A DNA stretch of 64,000 nt from the human T2T-CHM13v2.0 reference genome, Homo sapiens. Within the stretch, counting starts at the first letter, position 1. The number at the start of each line of letters is the position of its first letter. The translations under genes and the position numbers were made by a program. The notes beneath the pieces are model-generated. The model made no database searches, was not told where the DNA came from, and worked only from the letters and a program-made list of their open reading frames with translations. Shown here in pieces: positions 1-26,936 of this stretch. Location: assembly GCF_009914755.1 (NCBI RefSeq), contig NC_060931.1; one strand, written 5' to 3'.

Positions 1-90
1 GGCGGAGGCGGGAGGCGGCGGGCGGCGGGCGGCGGGCGGCGGGCGGCGGGCGGCGGCGGCGGCGGGAGGCGGCAGGTGGCGGGAGGGGCG
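1..90 (+). repeat. GC-rich tandem repeat tail: (GGCGGCG)6 at 14-55 merging into (CGG)5 at 51-65; 5' region of ZNF713 (FRA7A CGG-repeat region), cut by the window start
   Basis: Repeat units read directly. The link to FRA7A rests on established knowledge that ZNF713 has a 5' CGG repeat whose expansion causes FRA7A. Confidence 0.8.
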
Positions 91-426
91 GCCGCTGTCC
101 CCGCTGTCCCCATTCCTGTCACCCGCCCCGTGTCCCTTTCAGATTTTTGGTCTTTTATAGGAAGGTCTTACCCGTTCCAATATTATAAACACATTGTCTT
201 CTACTATCTGGGAATGACTCTGAGGCTGAAGAAAAACTTGCAGTTTATTTTTGGGCAAGCGTCCATAGGTGTCATTTTGGGGGAAAGTTTTTCCTCATCT
301 CAGGATTATGCAAACGTTCGGCTTTATTTTCTTATAATACGTTTAAAGAATTTTTAAAATATTTTCTTTTTCTCCTTTTTATCTGTATTTCATTGAGTAT
401 GATATTTGTGGTAAGGGGTTAGGTAG

Positions 427-843
<417 letters not shown>

Positions 844-1292
844 TGTTTCTAGATTCTGTCACTGCCCTGACAGTTTCTGCACTGAATACATATACGTACA
901 TACATGCGTACATACATACATAGATTTTTTCATTTAAAATGTTTAGGCCGGTTGCGGTCCTGTAATCGCAGCACTTTGGGAGGCAGAGGCAGGAGGATCA
1001 CTTGAGCTCATGAGTTCGAGACCAGCCTGGGAAACATGGCAAGACCCTGTTGCTACAAAAAAAACTAGAAAAATTAACCGGACTTGGTGGTGTGTGCCTG
1101 TAGTCCCCAGCCACTCAGGAGGCTGAGGTGGGAAGATGGCTTTGGCCCAGGAGATGAAGGTTGCAGTGAGCCAGTCACTGCACTCCAGCCTGGGCGACAG
1201 AATCAGACCTTGTCTCAAAAAATAAAATAAATGTTTTAAGCAAATCCCCCTTAATTGTGTCCTTTCATATAATGATTTTTTTTTTTTTTTGA

Positions 1293-1553
<261 letters not shown>

Positions 1554-2051
1554 TGAGCCACTGCGCCCGGCCTGATCTATTTCTTTTAACTTAAATTGTG
1601 AGGCATTTAAAAGATACAGAAAAGTTTAAAAAAAAATAATTTTTTAAAAGGCAGGTTGGAACACTTAGTAGGTTGTAGCAATTAGTACGTTCTAAATAGA
1701 TAGTTATTCGGTGATGAATGTTGGTGGAAAGTCACTCTGTTGCTGAAAACTTGCGGCTCCCTGCCGCCATCAGGAAAATGTTCTAGTTCCTTAGTGATGC
1801 CCTCAAAGCCCTTTATGATCTTGATATTGCATCTGGCTTTGTCTTACACCCATGCACTTTTTTTTTACCCCCAAAAAAGCAGTTTAATTTGAGTGCAGAT
1901 TTGTATGTGAATTTCATTAGAAAAGAGGACTATATAAATCTTATGAGTTATAGTTCTTGTAACACGTTGGTGTCATTTTCAACTGATTGGAAATGTCAGC
2001 TGTGAAGACCATGCTTTTAATTTTACCTTAGAGTATGCATCTTTGGTGACT

Positions 2052-2738
<687 letters not shown>

Positions 2739-2895
2739 GTTACAACATCAAAATGAGTTGAAAATTCTAATCTGCTGTAAGATTAAAACTGCCTCAATTA
2801 AATCATTATTACAAGAAAAAATGTATCCCTTAAGAGAATTCTAAATAAAGATATAAGAAGAATTATCCTGGTATCACAGATACACAGGAGAATCA

Positions 2896-3024
<129 letters not shown>

Positions 3025-3464
3025 CTAAAAATACAAATATTAGCTGGGCGTGGTGGCACGTGCCTGAGGTAGGAGAATTGTGCTTGAACCCAGGAGGTGG
3101 AGGTTGCAGTGAGCCTGGATTGTGCCGCGGCACTCTAGCCTGGACGACAGAGTGAGACTCTGTCTCAAAAAAAAAAAAAAGAAAAAAAAATTAAGGAGTG
3201 TGCCTACTCCCACACATGCTTGGAACAATTCCTAGCATAGATTAAGGTTTTAAACTATTAAGTTTTGAATGAACACTAAATGAAAAAGTTACTATTTGAT
3301 TAGTTCATCAGCAAATAAATGTGGACAATTAGAAGTTTATATACAGGAACTAAGAAATAATTCAGTTTCAACATTCTAATATAAATATGAACGAAATTAA
3401 AGCTCAGTCTAAATACCTTTCCAAAGTCACATGGTTATTTAATAGAAGAATTGTGTCTCCATTT

Positions 3465-4080
<616 letters not shown>

Positions 4081-4228
4081 AAAAAGTAAATCTCAACTAA
4101 GATAGACTGTCATCTATGAATCTAAAGTGGGAAGTAGTAAACCCTTGTTTATAAAAATCACAAGTGGCTGGGTGCAATGGCTTATGCCTGTAATCCCAGC
4201 ACTTTGAGAGGCCTAGGCAGGCGGATCA

Positions 4229-6500
<2,272 letters not shown>

Positions 6501-7650
6501 TTTATACTACCTTCTGTCTAAAGACCTCTTGCAAATCAAGAAATCACTATTGTCAAGAAAAACACAATAGTGGAAAAATGGACAGATGACACGAAAGGGT
6601 AATTTATTTAAAAAATAAAGCTAAAATATAAATACTTCTGTCCCATATATCTAAGAAGTGCATGTTAAAGCAATGATTAAATATGTTTATGTATTTCAAA
6701 AGAACAAAGCCTGACATTGGTTAATGGTCTCATGTATTGGTGATGAATATATAAATTGATACAACCTTCCTGGACAGTGTTTTGCCTTTTCTTTGACCCT
6801 GCAATTACACTTTTCCTAAGGAACTAATCAGGCAAAATCATTCAAAAACTGTATGTCTAACAGTGTTTGCTGTTGTCTATAAAAGCAAGCAAGCAAGAAA
6901 GAAAACAACCTAAAGGTCTATTAATAATGAAATAAGTTTTGGTTATTGCATGCAAAGGAATATATTATGAATCTATTAAGAAAATGAATGTTTTGACTTT
7001 TGTTTTCTGTCATGAAGTGAGATCTACAATATTGTCAATTAAAATGTAGATTTCTGAAAAGAAAATTATACATTTAATAATATGTGCATGTGTATGCCTG
7101 TGTGTGTATACATGGAAAAAGCCTGAAAGGATAAATCCCAAAAATAAGGTAACTAGTTATCTCCAGGTGATATTATAAGTGATTTTCATTTTTTATATAT
7201 TTACTAAAATTTGTGTTTTAATATTTGCCAAAAAGTAAAATGAGGGTATTTCCATGGTAGAGAGGGGTATAGGAAAGATCACTCTGGCTGCAGTATGAAG
7301 AAAAGGTTAGACTAAAGTCAAGGAGATAAGTTAGAAGGGAATGGCAGTAATCAAAGTGAGAGCTGATGGTGGCTGAACCAATGTACTAGACATGAAGATG
7401 AAGACCAGAAACATTCATGAGATACTGAAGGGAATACGTATACCAGAATGTGACATTGATTAGATAGAGAGCCTAAGGGAGAACGAGGGAGCTCAGGATG
7501 CCATTCGGGTTTCAGGCTTGGTGTTGCTATTCATTGAGATCGGGAATATGATAGAAGAGTTAGAATTAAGATATATCTATCTATCTACTGCTTATTATAT
7601 GCTGTTATATTCTGTTATACTCTTTTTTTTTTTTTTTTTTTTTTTTTTGA

Positions 7651-7809
<159 letters not shown>

Positions 7810-8344
7810 TAGTAGAGGTGGAGTTTCTCCATGTTAGTCAGGCTGGTCTCGAACTCCCGACCTCAGGCAATCTGCCCGCCTTGGCCTCCCAAAGTGCTGG
7901 GATTACAGGTGTGAGCCACTGCGCCTGGCTTGTGCTGTTATATTCTAAATATTTACAAATTTTCACTTTTCCTTAATCCTCACAACAAACCCACAGGTAG
8001 ATACTATTATTATTCCTAGTTTTATAGATGAGGAAGTGGAAGCCTGGAAAGGTTGAGTCATTTACCCAACCAGATTCATACAGCTAAAGTCATGGAGCTG
8101 GGAATCCAACCCATATGGTTTGGCTGTGGAGTCACCATTCTGACCTACCTTACTGTATGGAAAATTAATGGCAAGAGACGAGAGAGAATGAGTTTTGGAT
8201 ATGTTAGGCTTCAGAAATATGAGGGACATCTACCTGGGGGTGTCCAGGAGGGTGGTTACATTTGTATGTTTTTCTGTAGCTCAGAAAGGATGAGCAGTGA
8301 AACCAAGACAATGAGAGAAGCCACCTGAGAATAAATACAATAAA

Positions 8345-9900
<1,556 letters not shown>

Positions 9901-10504
9901 CATTAATGAGACATATTACCATTAATGAGACATATTGACATCGTGAACATATTGACGTCATAAACATAGTAGACATATTGACATTGTATAGAGTAGATCT
10001 TCATGTCCAGTTCCTGCCGCAGAGCTCCTAAAACCCTCGTCATTTTCTGAGTGATAGGGATGATAGAAGCGTCTTTTGCTATTCATAACCAATGAGATGA
10101 CTGGTGACTCCAAGTTCCTACATAGCTTCAGGATGGAGGCTAGTGGCTAAAGGAACCTACCATGTAATTAGAGGGTTGAACTTTAAACCCCAACCCCAAA
10201 CCCCACCCCACCTCTGAGGAGAAGAGAGGGGTTGAAGATAGAGTTAATCACCAATGGACAATCAACTCAAAATGGATTAAGGACTTAAACAGAAGACCTG
10301 AAGCTATAAAACTCAGAAAGGAAAATGTTCCATGACGTTTGTCTAGACAAAAATTTCTTGGATATGACCACAAATGCAAAAGTAAACAAATAGGGTTGCG
10401 TCAATCTAAAAAGCTTTTACACGGCAAAGGAAACAATCAATAAATGAAGAGAAAAACCAAGGATTGGGAGAAAATGTTTGCAAACGATACATCTGATATG
10501 GGAC

Positions 10505-10847
10505 TGTATTAGTCTGTTCTCACTGCTAATGAAGAACTACCTGAGACTGAGTAATTTATGAAGAAAAGAGGTTTAATTGACTCACGATTCCTGTACAGGC
10601 TGTACAGGAAGCATGACTGGGAGGCCTCAGGAAACTTACAAGCATGGCAGAAGGCCAAGGGGAAGCAAGGACCTTCTTCATATGGCAGGAGGAGAGAGTG
10701 CAAAGTGCCACATGCTTTTAAGCCATCAGATCTCGTGAGAATTCACTCATTATCGTGAGAACAGCAAGAGGGAAATCCACCCTGTGATCCAATCACCTTC
10801 CAATTCAACATGAAATTTCGGTAGGGACACAAATCCAAACCATATCA
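10505..10847 (-). mobile_element. MSTA-like MaLR solo LTR
   Basis: TGTATTAGTCTGTTCTCAC...CCAAACCATATCA termini; near-perfect 5-bp TSD GGGAC/AGGAC. Confidence 0.8.
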
Positions 10848-11330
10848 AGGACTAATATCCAAAATATATAAGGAACTCAGTAGCGAGAAAACAAGTAACC
10901 CAATTTTAAGATGGACAAATGTCCTGAATAGACATTCTCATTCACAAAAAATTAAATTCAAAATTTCCCATTTACCTCTAAAAAAAAAGACAACATACAA
11001 ATGGCCATCAGAGATAATGAAAAAATGCTTATCACTGATCTTGATGGATATGCAGATTAAAACCACAATAAGAGAGCACTCACCCCTGTTAGAATGGCTT
11101 ATTATCAAAAAGACAAAAGATAACAAGTATTGGTGAGAGTGTGGAGAAAAGGGAACGCTTATGCACTGTTTGTGGGAATGTAAATTAATACAGCCATCAC
11201 AGCAAACTACAGGAGTTCCTCAAAAAACAAAAAATCGGCCGGGCACGGTGGTTCATGCCTGTAATCCCAGCACTTTGGGAGGCCGAGGCGGGCAGATCAC
11301 AGGGTCAGGAGATGGAGACCATCCTGGCTA

Positions 11331-11556
<226 letters not shown>

Positions 11557-11884
11557 TTATGCCTGTAATCCCAGCACTTTGGGAGGCCGAGGGGGGGGGG
11601 GTTGATCACAAGGTCAGGAGTTCAAGACCAGCCTGGCCAAGATGGCGAGACCCCATCTCTACTAAAAATACAAAAAAATTTGCCGGGTGTGGTGGCAGGC
11701 ACCTATAATCCCAGCTACTCAGGAGGCTGAGATGGAGAAATGCTTGAACCCAGGAGGCAGAGGTTGCAGTGAGCTGAGATGGCACCACTGCACTCCAGCC
11801 TGGGCAACAGAGCGAGACTCCATCTCAAAAAAATAAAAAATAAAAAAATCGAACTACCATATGATCCAGCAGTCCCACTTCTGA

Positions 11885-12199
<315 letters not shown>

Positions 12200-12516
12200 T
12201 GAGTATATATTCAAAGGAATTGAAATGGGTATGCCAAAGCGATATCTGTACTCCTATGTTTATTGCAACATTATTCACTGTAGTCAAGATATGGAAGTGA
12301 CCTAGATGTCCATTGGATGAATGGATTTTAAAAATGTGGTGGCCGGGCGTGGTGGCTCACCCCTGTAATCGCAGCACTTTCTGGGAGGCCGAGGCAGGCG
12401 GATCACGAGGTCAGGAGTTTGAGATCAGCCTGACCAACATGGTGAAACCCTGTCTCTACTAAAAATACAAAAATTAGCCAGGCATGGCGGCACGTGTCTG
12501 TAATCCCATTTACTCA

Positions 12517-12663
<147 letters not shown>

Positions 12664-12946
12664 TCAGCCTTCAAAAAGAGGGAAATTATATTATTCGTGA
12701 CAACATAGATGAACCTGGAGGACATTGTATTAAGTGAAATAAGCCAAGCACAGAAAAACAGAAACTCTATGATCTCACTTAAAACGTGGACTCTAAAAAT
12801 GTTGAACTTGTAGAGAGTAGAATGGTTGTTACTAGAATCTGGGGCTGTGTGGGAGGGGGCTAAAGAGATGTTGACCAAAGGGTACAAAGTTTTAGTGAGA
12901 CAGGAGGGATAAGCTTTAGTGATCTATTACACAGAATGATGACTAA

Positions 12947-13153
<207 letters not shown>

Positions 13154-13239
13154 TAAAAGAGTAGATTTTAAATGTTTTCACCACAAATAATTTAAAAGTA
13201 TGTGAGGTGACAGATATGATAATTGGCTATTCCACAATG

Positions 13240-13604
13240 TGTATTAGTCTGTTTTCACGCTGCTGATAAAGACATACCCAAGACTGGGCAATTTACAAAA
13301 GAAAGAGGTTTAATGGATTTACAGTTCTGAGTGGCTGGGGAGGACTCACAATCATGGTGGAAGGCAAGGAGGAGCAAGTCACATCTTACATGGATGGCAG
13401 CAGGCAGTGAGAGAGAGAGAGAGAGCTTATGCAGAGAAACTCTAGCTTATAAAGCCATCAGTTCTCATGAGACTTATTCACTATCATGAGAACAGCATGG
13501 AAGAGACCTGCCCCCATGATTCAGTTACCTCCCACTGGGTCCCTCCCACAACATGTGGGAATTCAAGATGAGATATGGGGTGGAGACACAGCCAAACCAC
13601 ATCA
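13240..13604 (-). mobile_element. THE1B-like MaLR solo LTR
   Basis: TGTATTAGTCTGTTTTCACGCTGCTGATAAAGACATACCC...GACACAGCCAAACCACATCA. Confidence 0.85.
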
Positions 13605-14239
13605 ACTATGTAAATATATATTAATGCATCACATTGTACTCTATAAATATATATAATTATTTGTCAATTAGAAATTTAAACAAATTTTTAAGTTACCAGT
13701 GTCTAGTAGTTTAATCAATCTTGACTATATAATGCAACCTCCATAGAAACACTAAAAAAAGGAGTCTGGAGAACTTCCAGATTGGTGAACACATACAGGT
13801 GCTGGAGGTTGCCATGCCCAGAGAGGGCATGGAAGCTCTGCACCCACCAACCCTCCACCCCTTGCCCAATTTACCTCTTACATTTGGCTGTTCCTGAGTT
13901 AAGTGAACACAAAGGATTTAACCTTCATTAAACAGATCACGTGTATGATTTCACTGCAGCCATAGTGCAGCTTATTAACTCTACAGAGCAAACCTTTGTA
14001 TCACTTACTAACATGACATGTAGTTTGCTGTATCAACTTATATGACAGTTACACATGTCAATATGACTGAGCACAGTGGCTCACGCCTGTAATCCCAACA
14101 CTTTGGGAGGCCAAGGCAGGCAGATCACCTGAGGTAAGGAGTTCGAGACCGGCCAGTCAACATGGCAAAACCTCGTCTCTACTAAAAATACAAAAATTAG
14201 CCAGGCTTGGTGACGTGTGCCTATAATCCCAGCTGCTCA

Positions 14240-14371
<132 letters not shown>

Positions 14372-14984
14372 TCAATATATAAGAAGGAATAGAAAACTGA
14401 TAGGATTTTACTCTTTTGCTAAAATACATTATATTGTATCTTTGAGATTGTACTAGTACAAAGTGTAATAAAACTAGATGTTTATTAAACCATTTAAATC
14501 ATTGGTAAGTATACAAGAGCACTAAAGCATTTAATAGACAAAGTAATGTTAATCTATTGGTTACTTGCTCCTGCATTGTCATGCTGTTATAATTTACTTC
14601 ATCACCTTGCTATTTGATACATAGTGTGAATTTCTCTTGTCATCTTAACTATTGTAAAGACGAATTTTCATCTTACTACACAATCAAAATGGCGTTGATG
14701 GTAATGAACTCCAGAGCCTGGGCCTGAACAGGGAGGTGGTCTCTCAGGCTTGATGCTCAGGCCTATATCTCTCCATTTTTGCCCTATCTCTTAAATATAT
14801 GTAATGTCATAAAATGCTTTTGAATCTTTTTAAAAAGTGTCAAGCTCATGAAAGACAGCCTAAGAAACTATTACAGATTGGAGGAAACTAAGGAAAAATA
14901 AAACTGAATGCAGTGTGTATCCTAGATCAGAGAAAGAACATTAGTGGAGAAAGAACATTAGTGAAATGTGAATAATTTGAGCTA

Positions 14985-15146
<162 letters not shown>

Positions 15147-15461
15147 TCAAAAAAAAAAAAAAAAAAAAGAGTGTTAATTTCTTGGTTTTGAGCATTGTAC
15201 TGTGGTTTTGTAAACTGTTAACATTAGGACAAGTAGAGTGAGTGGTATACAGGAGCTCCACTATTTTGCAACTTTCCTGTAAGTCTAAAATGGGTTTAAA
15301 ATTAAAAATTTAAAAAAAATTAAAAGCAAACACCAAAATCCTTTCATTTACAAATTTAGCAAATATTTATTAAGTGCCTTCTATGTGCCAGGCACTGGAC
15401 ATTGAAAATATTAATAGAATAGTTAACCAGATAGACCAGGTTCCTACCGTCATGGAGATTA

Positions 15462-15842
<381 letters not shown>

Positions 15843-16247
15843 CTACCTGGAAAAGGAAGATGTAAATGAGCAACCTCACCTGGTCTGTGATGTCAAAATC
15901 TTCCCTGAGACCTGAAAAAGGAGTAGATATCATGGGGGTGGATGGAGGGCACATGGCACGTTTCAGCACCTAACAGCAGGTCCGTGTGAATGAAGCCTCG
16001 AGCAAACAGGAGAGTAACTGCAGAGAGCAGAAAGCAGTCAGTCGTAGGATTCTTTATGGCTTTCTACTCCAACCTAAGAGTGGCAGGATGCCCTGAATAA
16101 TTTTAAGTGTGGGACTGATATGATCAGGTTTTTGTCTTTTTAAGATCCCTGTAAGTCAACTACAGAGGAAAAAGAGTAGATCTTGGGAAAACCTAAGAAG
16201 CAGCAACACATAAAAGGCAGGCAAAGGAAAAACAGAGCCAGACTGTA

Positions 16248-16283
<36 letters not shown>

Positions 16284-16523
16284 TGAGGTCCATTGCATGA
16301 ACAACAACATAAAGGTTTTTGGTGGTCATAACCAGAGCAGTTTCAGCAGAGTACTGAGGGCAGAACAAAAGCCAGACTATAGAGAACTGAGAAATGGGCG
16401 ATGAGGAAGTAGAGAAAGTATTGACAATTTTTTGAAGAGTTGTGGCCTTGAAAAAAAGAGAGGATGGTAGTTGCAAAAGGGGTGTGTGGCCAGTGAGAGT
16501 TTTTAATGTTGGAGAGACATTAA

Positions 16524-16815
<292 letters not shown>

Positions 16816-17283
16816 TAATTTCTTTCCTTTTAAGCCACTCTTCTCTTCACTTTCTTCCCTATCCAGTCTAGATCCCACTGTCTAGTGTTTTCTAAGGTAA
16901 GAAAGATTTCAGAAGGGGCGTGGCCTCCGAAGTGGGTGACTGAAGTAGAAAGATAGTGAAAAACATTGAGGTTGAAGAAGTCAAGGAAATGAAAGGTTCC
17001 AGTAGTTGTTCCGAACTCTGGCTCGGATCAAAATCACTTGTGGGGCATTTAAAAAATATGTAGATGGCAGATTTTCACCTCTCAGATTCTGACCTAGGAG
17101 CTCTCTGGTGGAACCTGGATGTCTATGTATTTATATCTGTGTATTTTAAAATCACTACATTAGACTCATTACTACACTAGTGTGTCTAATGCACAGCTCA
17201 GACAGAACCACTACACAGGCAGTGAGCTTCACTGGTATTCCTTAGGCATGGATTTTGGTATCCATGGGGGTTCTGGAACCAGT

Positions 17284-22717
<5,434 letters not shown>

Positions 22718-23404
22718 TAGTTGCCCATCTTGGGGAAAAACCCGTCTGCTTCTCCTGACTGTGGGGCTTCTTCCAAGCTTATGCTTAGGGAATGAAGAAC
22801 CTATTTCTTAAAGTGTTTTTAAATCACTCCTGAAAGGTCTGACTGTTAATGAAGGACTTTTGAAATGTTAGATTCCTGCCATGCTTGGAATGGCTGCCTT
22901 ATCTCACAGGACCATTTCACTGGAACTGCAGTTTTCTCTTTTAAAAAATTGCTCCTCAGAATGGCTTCTTTCTTTATTTCCATCACTCACATTTTAAAAT
23001 AGATTTCTCAGGTCAACCTTTGTGAACAGAAAAAGATGTATTCCTTCATGATTATTAGCAAATAATAATACAATCTTACTTTGTTGTTGAAACATGTGTT
23101 TTTCCATCTTTCTAAAGAAAACAGTCATTGTTTCTCGAGGCAGAGAGCATGTGTTCTCTGTTCTGGAAAAGGTAAGAAAAGGACTGAGGCTGAATTTGTT
23201 GTTATTGACACATGTACACCTCTGCCTTTTGTAATGTGTGAATCTGAGAAATTCTAAAAGTGCTTTTTGATTCAAGAATGCCACACCTTACTGTGCTCTG
23301 TCTGTGTGAAGAATAGTTTGTATGTCTCCTTACAGACTCTGTAAGCCCCTAGGTGGCTGAGACTGCTGGATTTCTTCTGCTGACCCTGGTGCATCTCATT
23401 ACAG

Positions 23405-23857
23405 GTCTTCAACCTAAAATTCTATCTTACAAGATCCTTGCCAGGATGCAGATTTGAATACTATAGTGAAGTCTGTACATGAAGAAATGATGCTTTTAGG
23501 GAGGAAAAAAAAAGGTAATAACAACCTTCAAGAGCCCCTTCATCTCAACTCGGCATAAACAAGGCAAGATTCTGAGAGTGGCCGCCCCTGGAAGCAGAAA
23601 TTATTCTTGTGGCTATCCATTGGCTCCTGAGGCTCTAATCAGAGATGGGGCACCTTTAGTACCAGGGGAGTGACTGTTGCCCATAAGGTACTGGACATCA
23701 ACTTTCAAGAGCAGCCCCAGCTCCTTAAGCTGCTGGTCCTGGTGCATCTGCTGACTTTCATGTAGAAGATAGCAGAGCTTTGGCGACATTACAACATAAG
23801 AACTGCAGAGAGGTGTAATCCCAGTGGAAGACTGAATCGAGAGACTCAAAAAGGAAG
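23405..23857 (+). other. ZNF713: Probable ZNF713 5'UTR exon (453 nt) containing a degenerate SCAN-domain coding relic and several uORFs
   Basis: Acceptor CTCATTACAG|G and donor AAG|GTAAAC; non-repetitive; translated fragments match the SCAN consensus. Confidence 0.75.
23626..23846 (+). pseudogene. Fossil SCAN domain (frameshifted, internally deleted, with stops)
   Basis: Collinear fragments PEA / QR / YQG / VTVAHKVL / QL,QE / QLLKLLVLVHLLTFM* / QHKNCREV / VED,NRE versus SCAN consensus [22 protein letters not shown]...[15 protein letters not shown]...HPE.GEE....VEDLERE. Confidence 0.8.
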
Positions 23858-24425
23858 GTAAACACTTGGAAAAATCAGAATAGTGACATCTCCTTTGCAT
23901 ATTGGAAGGATCACCTTAGGGGAGAGGAGAGGCAGATCTCTGGAGTATTCACTTTGGGGTGAATTCATTCCTTGTGGGGATAAAGAGTAAGAATGGACCC
24001 TCACCCATGTGCTCTCCATCGCCTCATCCCAGTAGTTCTCATCTACACTTAGAGTCACTTGGAGACTTTACAATTTAAAATGCTGTTGCTCAGACCCATG
24101 CCAGATCAATTAAATCCAAATCTCTGAGTGTAGGGGCTGAACACTGGCTTCTTTTTAAATTGCCATCAGTATTTAGCCAGGGCTGAAAGCCCCTGAGCTC
24201 CCCTATGCCACAACAAGGGGAGTTGCACCCCCGAAGACAGACAGTTCTGCATTGAATTCCCGAACTCCCGAACATCATAGAAGAGTAGAGACGTCACAAC
24301 CTTTAGGCTTATGTCTTAGAGGGCTTCTCAGTACTGTCTGCCATACCTACACAAAGCAGAATCTCCAGGATTTAAATTTAACCTTCGTGTCATATATTAA
24401 CAAGATGCTTCTCTTTTTCCTAGTT

Positions 24426-24512
24426 ATGCCTTCTCAGAATGCTGTTTTTTCTCAGGAGGGGAACATGGAGGAGGAAGAAATGAATGATGGCTCACAGATG
24501 GTGAGATCTCAG
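24426..24512 (+). CDS. ZNF713: ZNF713 first coding exon (exon 24424-24512): MPSQNAVFSQEGNMEEEEMNDGSQMVRSQ
   Basis: Acceptor TTTTTCCTAG|TT ATG and donor CAG|GTAAGT; 87 coding nt, phase 0, in frame with KRAB-A; second ATG with strong Kozak context (AACATGG) at 24465. Confidence 0.88.
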
Positions 24513-24980
24513 GTAAGTTCAGTTTTCCTCTCCTCTGAAATGCCAGTGTTCTCAGAATGTGGGCACTTTTACTTTTTCATTTCTCAGAAGTGCTGAGTCA
24601 CAAAAATCCAGAGCCCAGGAGATTCATGTGACAGATGATATACTCTCCACAGCATGTTTTCCATTCACCTATGTAGCTCTTTCTAGCTCTTCCCTCCTTC
24701 CAGCATTTTCACCAGACTCAATTTCATGGATTCCTGCCTGTTCTGGACGCTGTGAAGAAAACAAAACAATGGACTGTCTTTTAATCGTCCTTAAATAGCT
24801 CAGTAAAATTTAAACAATGCTTGCATTCTCTGTGTAAACACAGTGACTGATGCCGAGGCCCCTAGGACTGCTTGGAGCTAATGGGATTAATAAGAATGCC
24901 TGAGGGTAACATCTATCACAAATTAATGTTTCCCAAGCATCTGTTGTATCTCTTCCAAAACCTGTTTAAATCTGTTTTGA

Positions 24981-25193
<213 letters not shown>

Positions 25194-25635
25194 TAGCCAG
25201 GATGGTCTCGATCTTCTGTCCTCGTGATGCACCCACCTCAGCCTCCCAAAGTGCTGGGATTACAGGTGTGAGCCACCACGCCCGGCCTAAGTCTGTTACG
25301 ATTCTATAATCTGATTCGGTATTATGTAAACTGGTGAGTATGAATGCAACAAGAGTTGTTTCTATGAAAACTAGTCGAATGCTTTGGAAGGAGTTGATAA
25401 ATGCTGTCACTTTTTAAAAATTGCTATCAAATTAGGTGTTAGCAATACTACCTCACTGAAGAAAAATCATAAAACTCTCAGGATTCCTCCACAAATATTT
25501 GCCACGTGTCAGTTGCTTGTGTAATTGACTTGTGAAACTGCTTCATGAAACAGAAACTGTTGCATTATAGGTATGAGCACCCATTCTTTAAAATCACTCA
25601 TAGAAAAGGCTTAGCTGGCTGAGTGCAGGGGCTCA

Positions 25636-25971
<336 letters not shown>

Positions 25972-26591
25972 TTAAAATAAAATATTTAAGATCTCTTTTA
26001 TGGATCGCTAGTTTAGCCATCTTTTTTGCTTAACACATCAGATACCGGTCTCAATTGCTTCAGATAGGATTTCTATCATTCCAATTATATGTGATAATCA
26101 TTATCCTTATGTAGCCAATAAACTCATTGAAGGGGATTTTTTTGGTTTGTTTTTTGTTTTTTGTAGAGACAAGGTTTCACTATGTTGCCCAAGCTGTTCT
26201 CAAACTCCTGGGCTCAAGCCATCCTCCCACCTCTCCCTGCCGAAGTGCTGGGATTGCAGGTGTGAGCCACCACACACAGCGTGGGGGGCTTGTTAAAATC
26301 CACATCACACAACTAATATTCAGAAATGCATAATGTTGGATGCTGCTGTGAATGCAAAAGACAACAAATACAACAGGTGCTGGGAGAAGGGAGAAGTCTG
26401 ATTGAGACTGTAGGGATGAGGGAAGACTTCATGAAAAAGGCAGAGTTTGAATTTGTGTTGATACCAGCAGGTAGGGTTTGGAGATTAGAGAAAACGGGGG
26501 ACCATTGCAGACAGGAAATAAAACTTGAGCAAGAGCAGGGACAATAAGGAGACTGTCAGCTAGAGCTGAGCTTTTATTTGGTGTATATTAG

Positions 26592-26936
<345 letters not shown>

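Noticed and set aside
76-357. 93-aa ORF right after the GC repeat
   Set aside because: GTG start, no recognisable domain, runs into AT-rich intron sequence.
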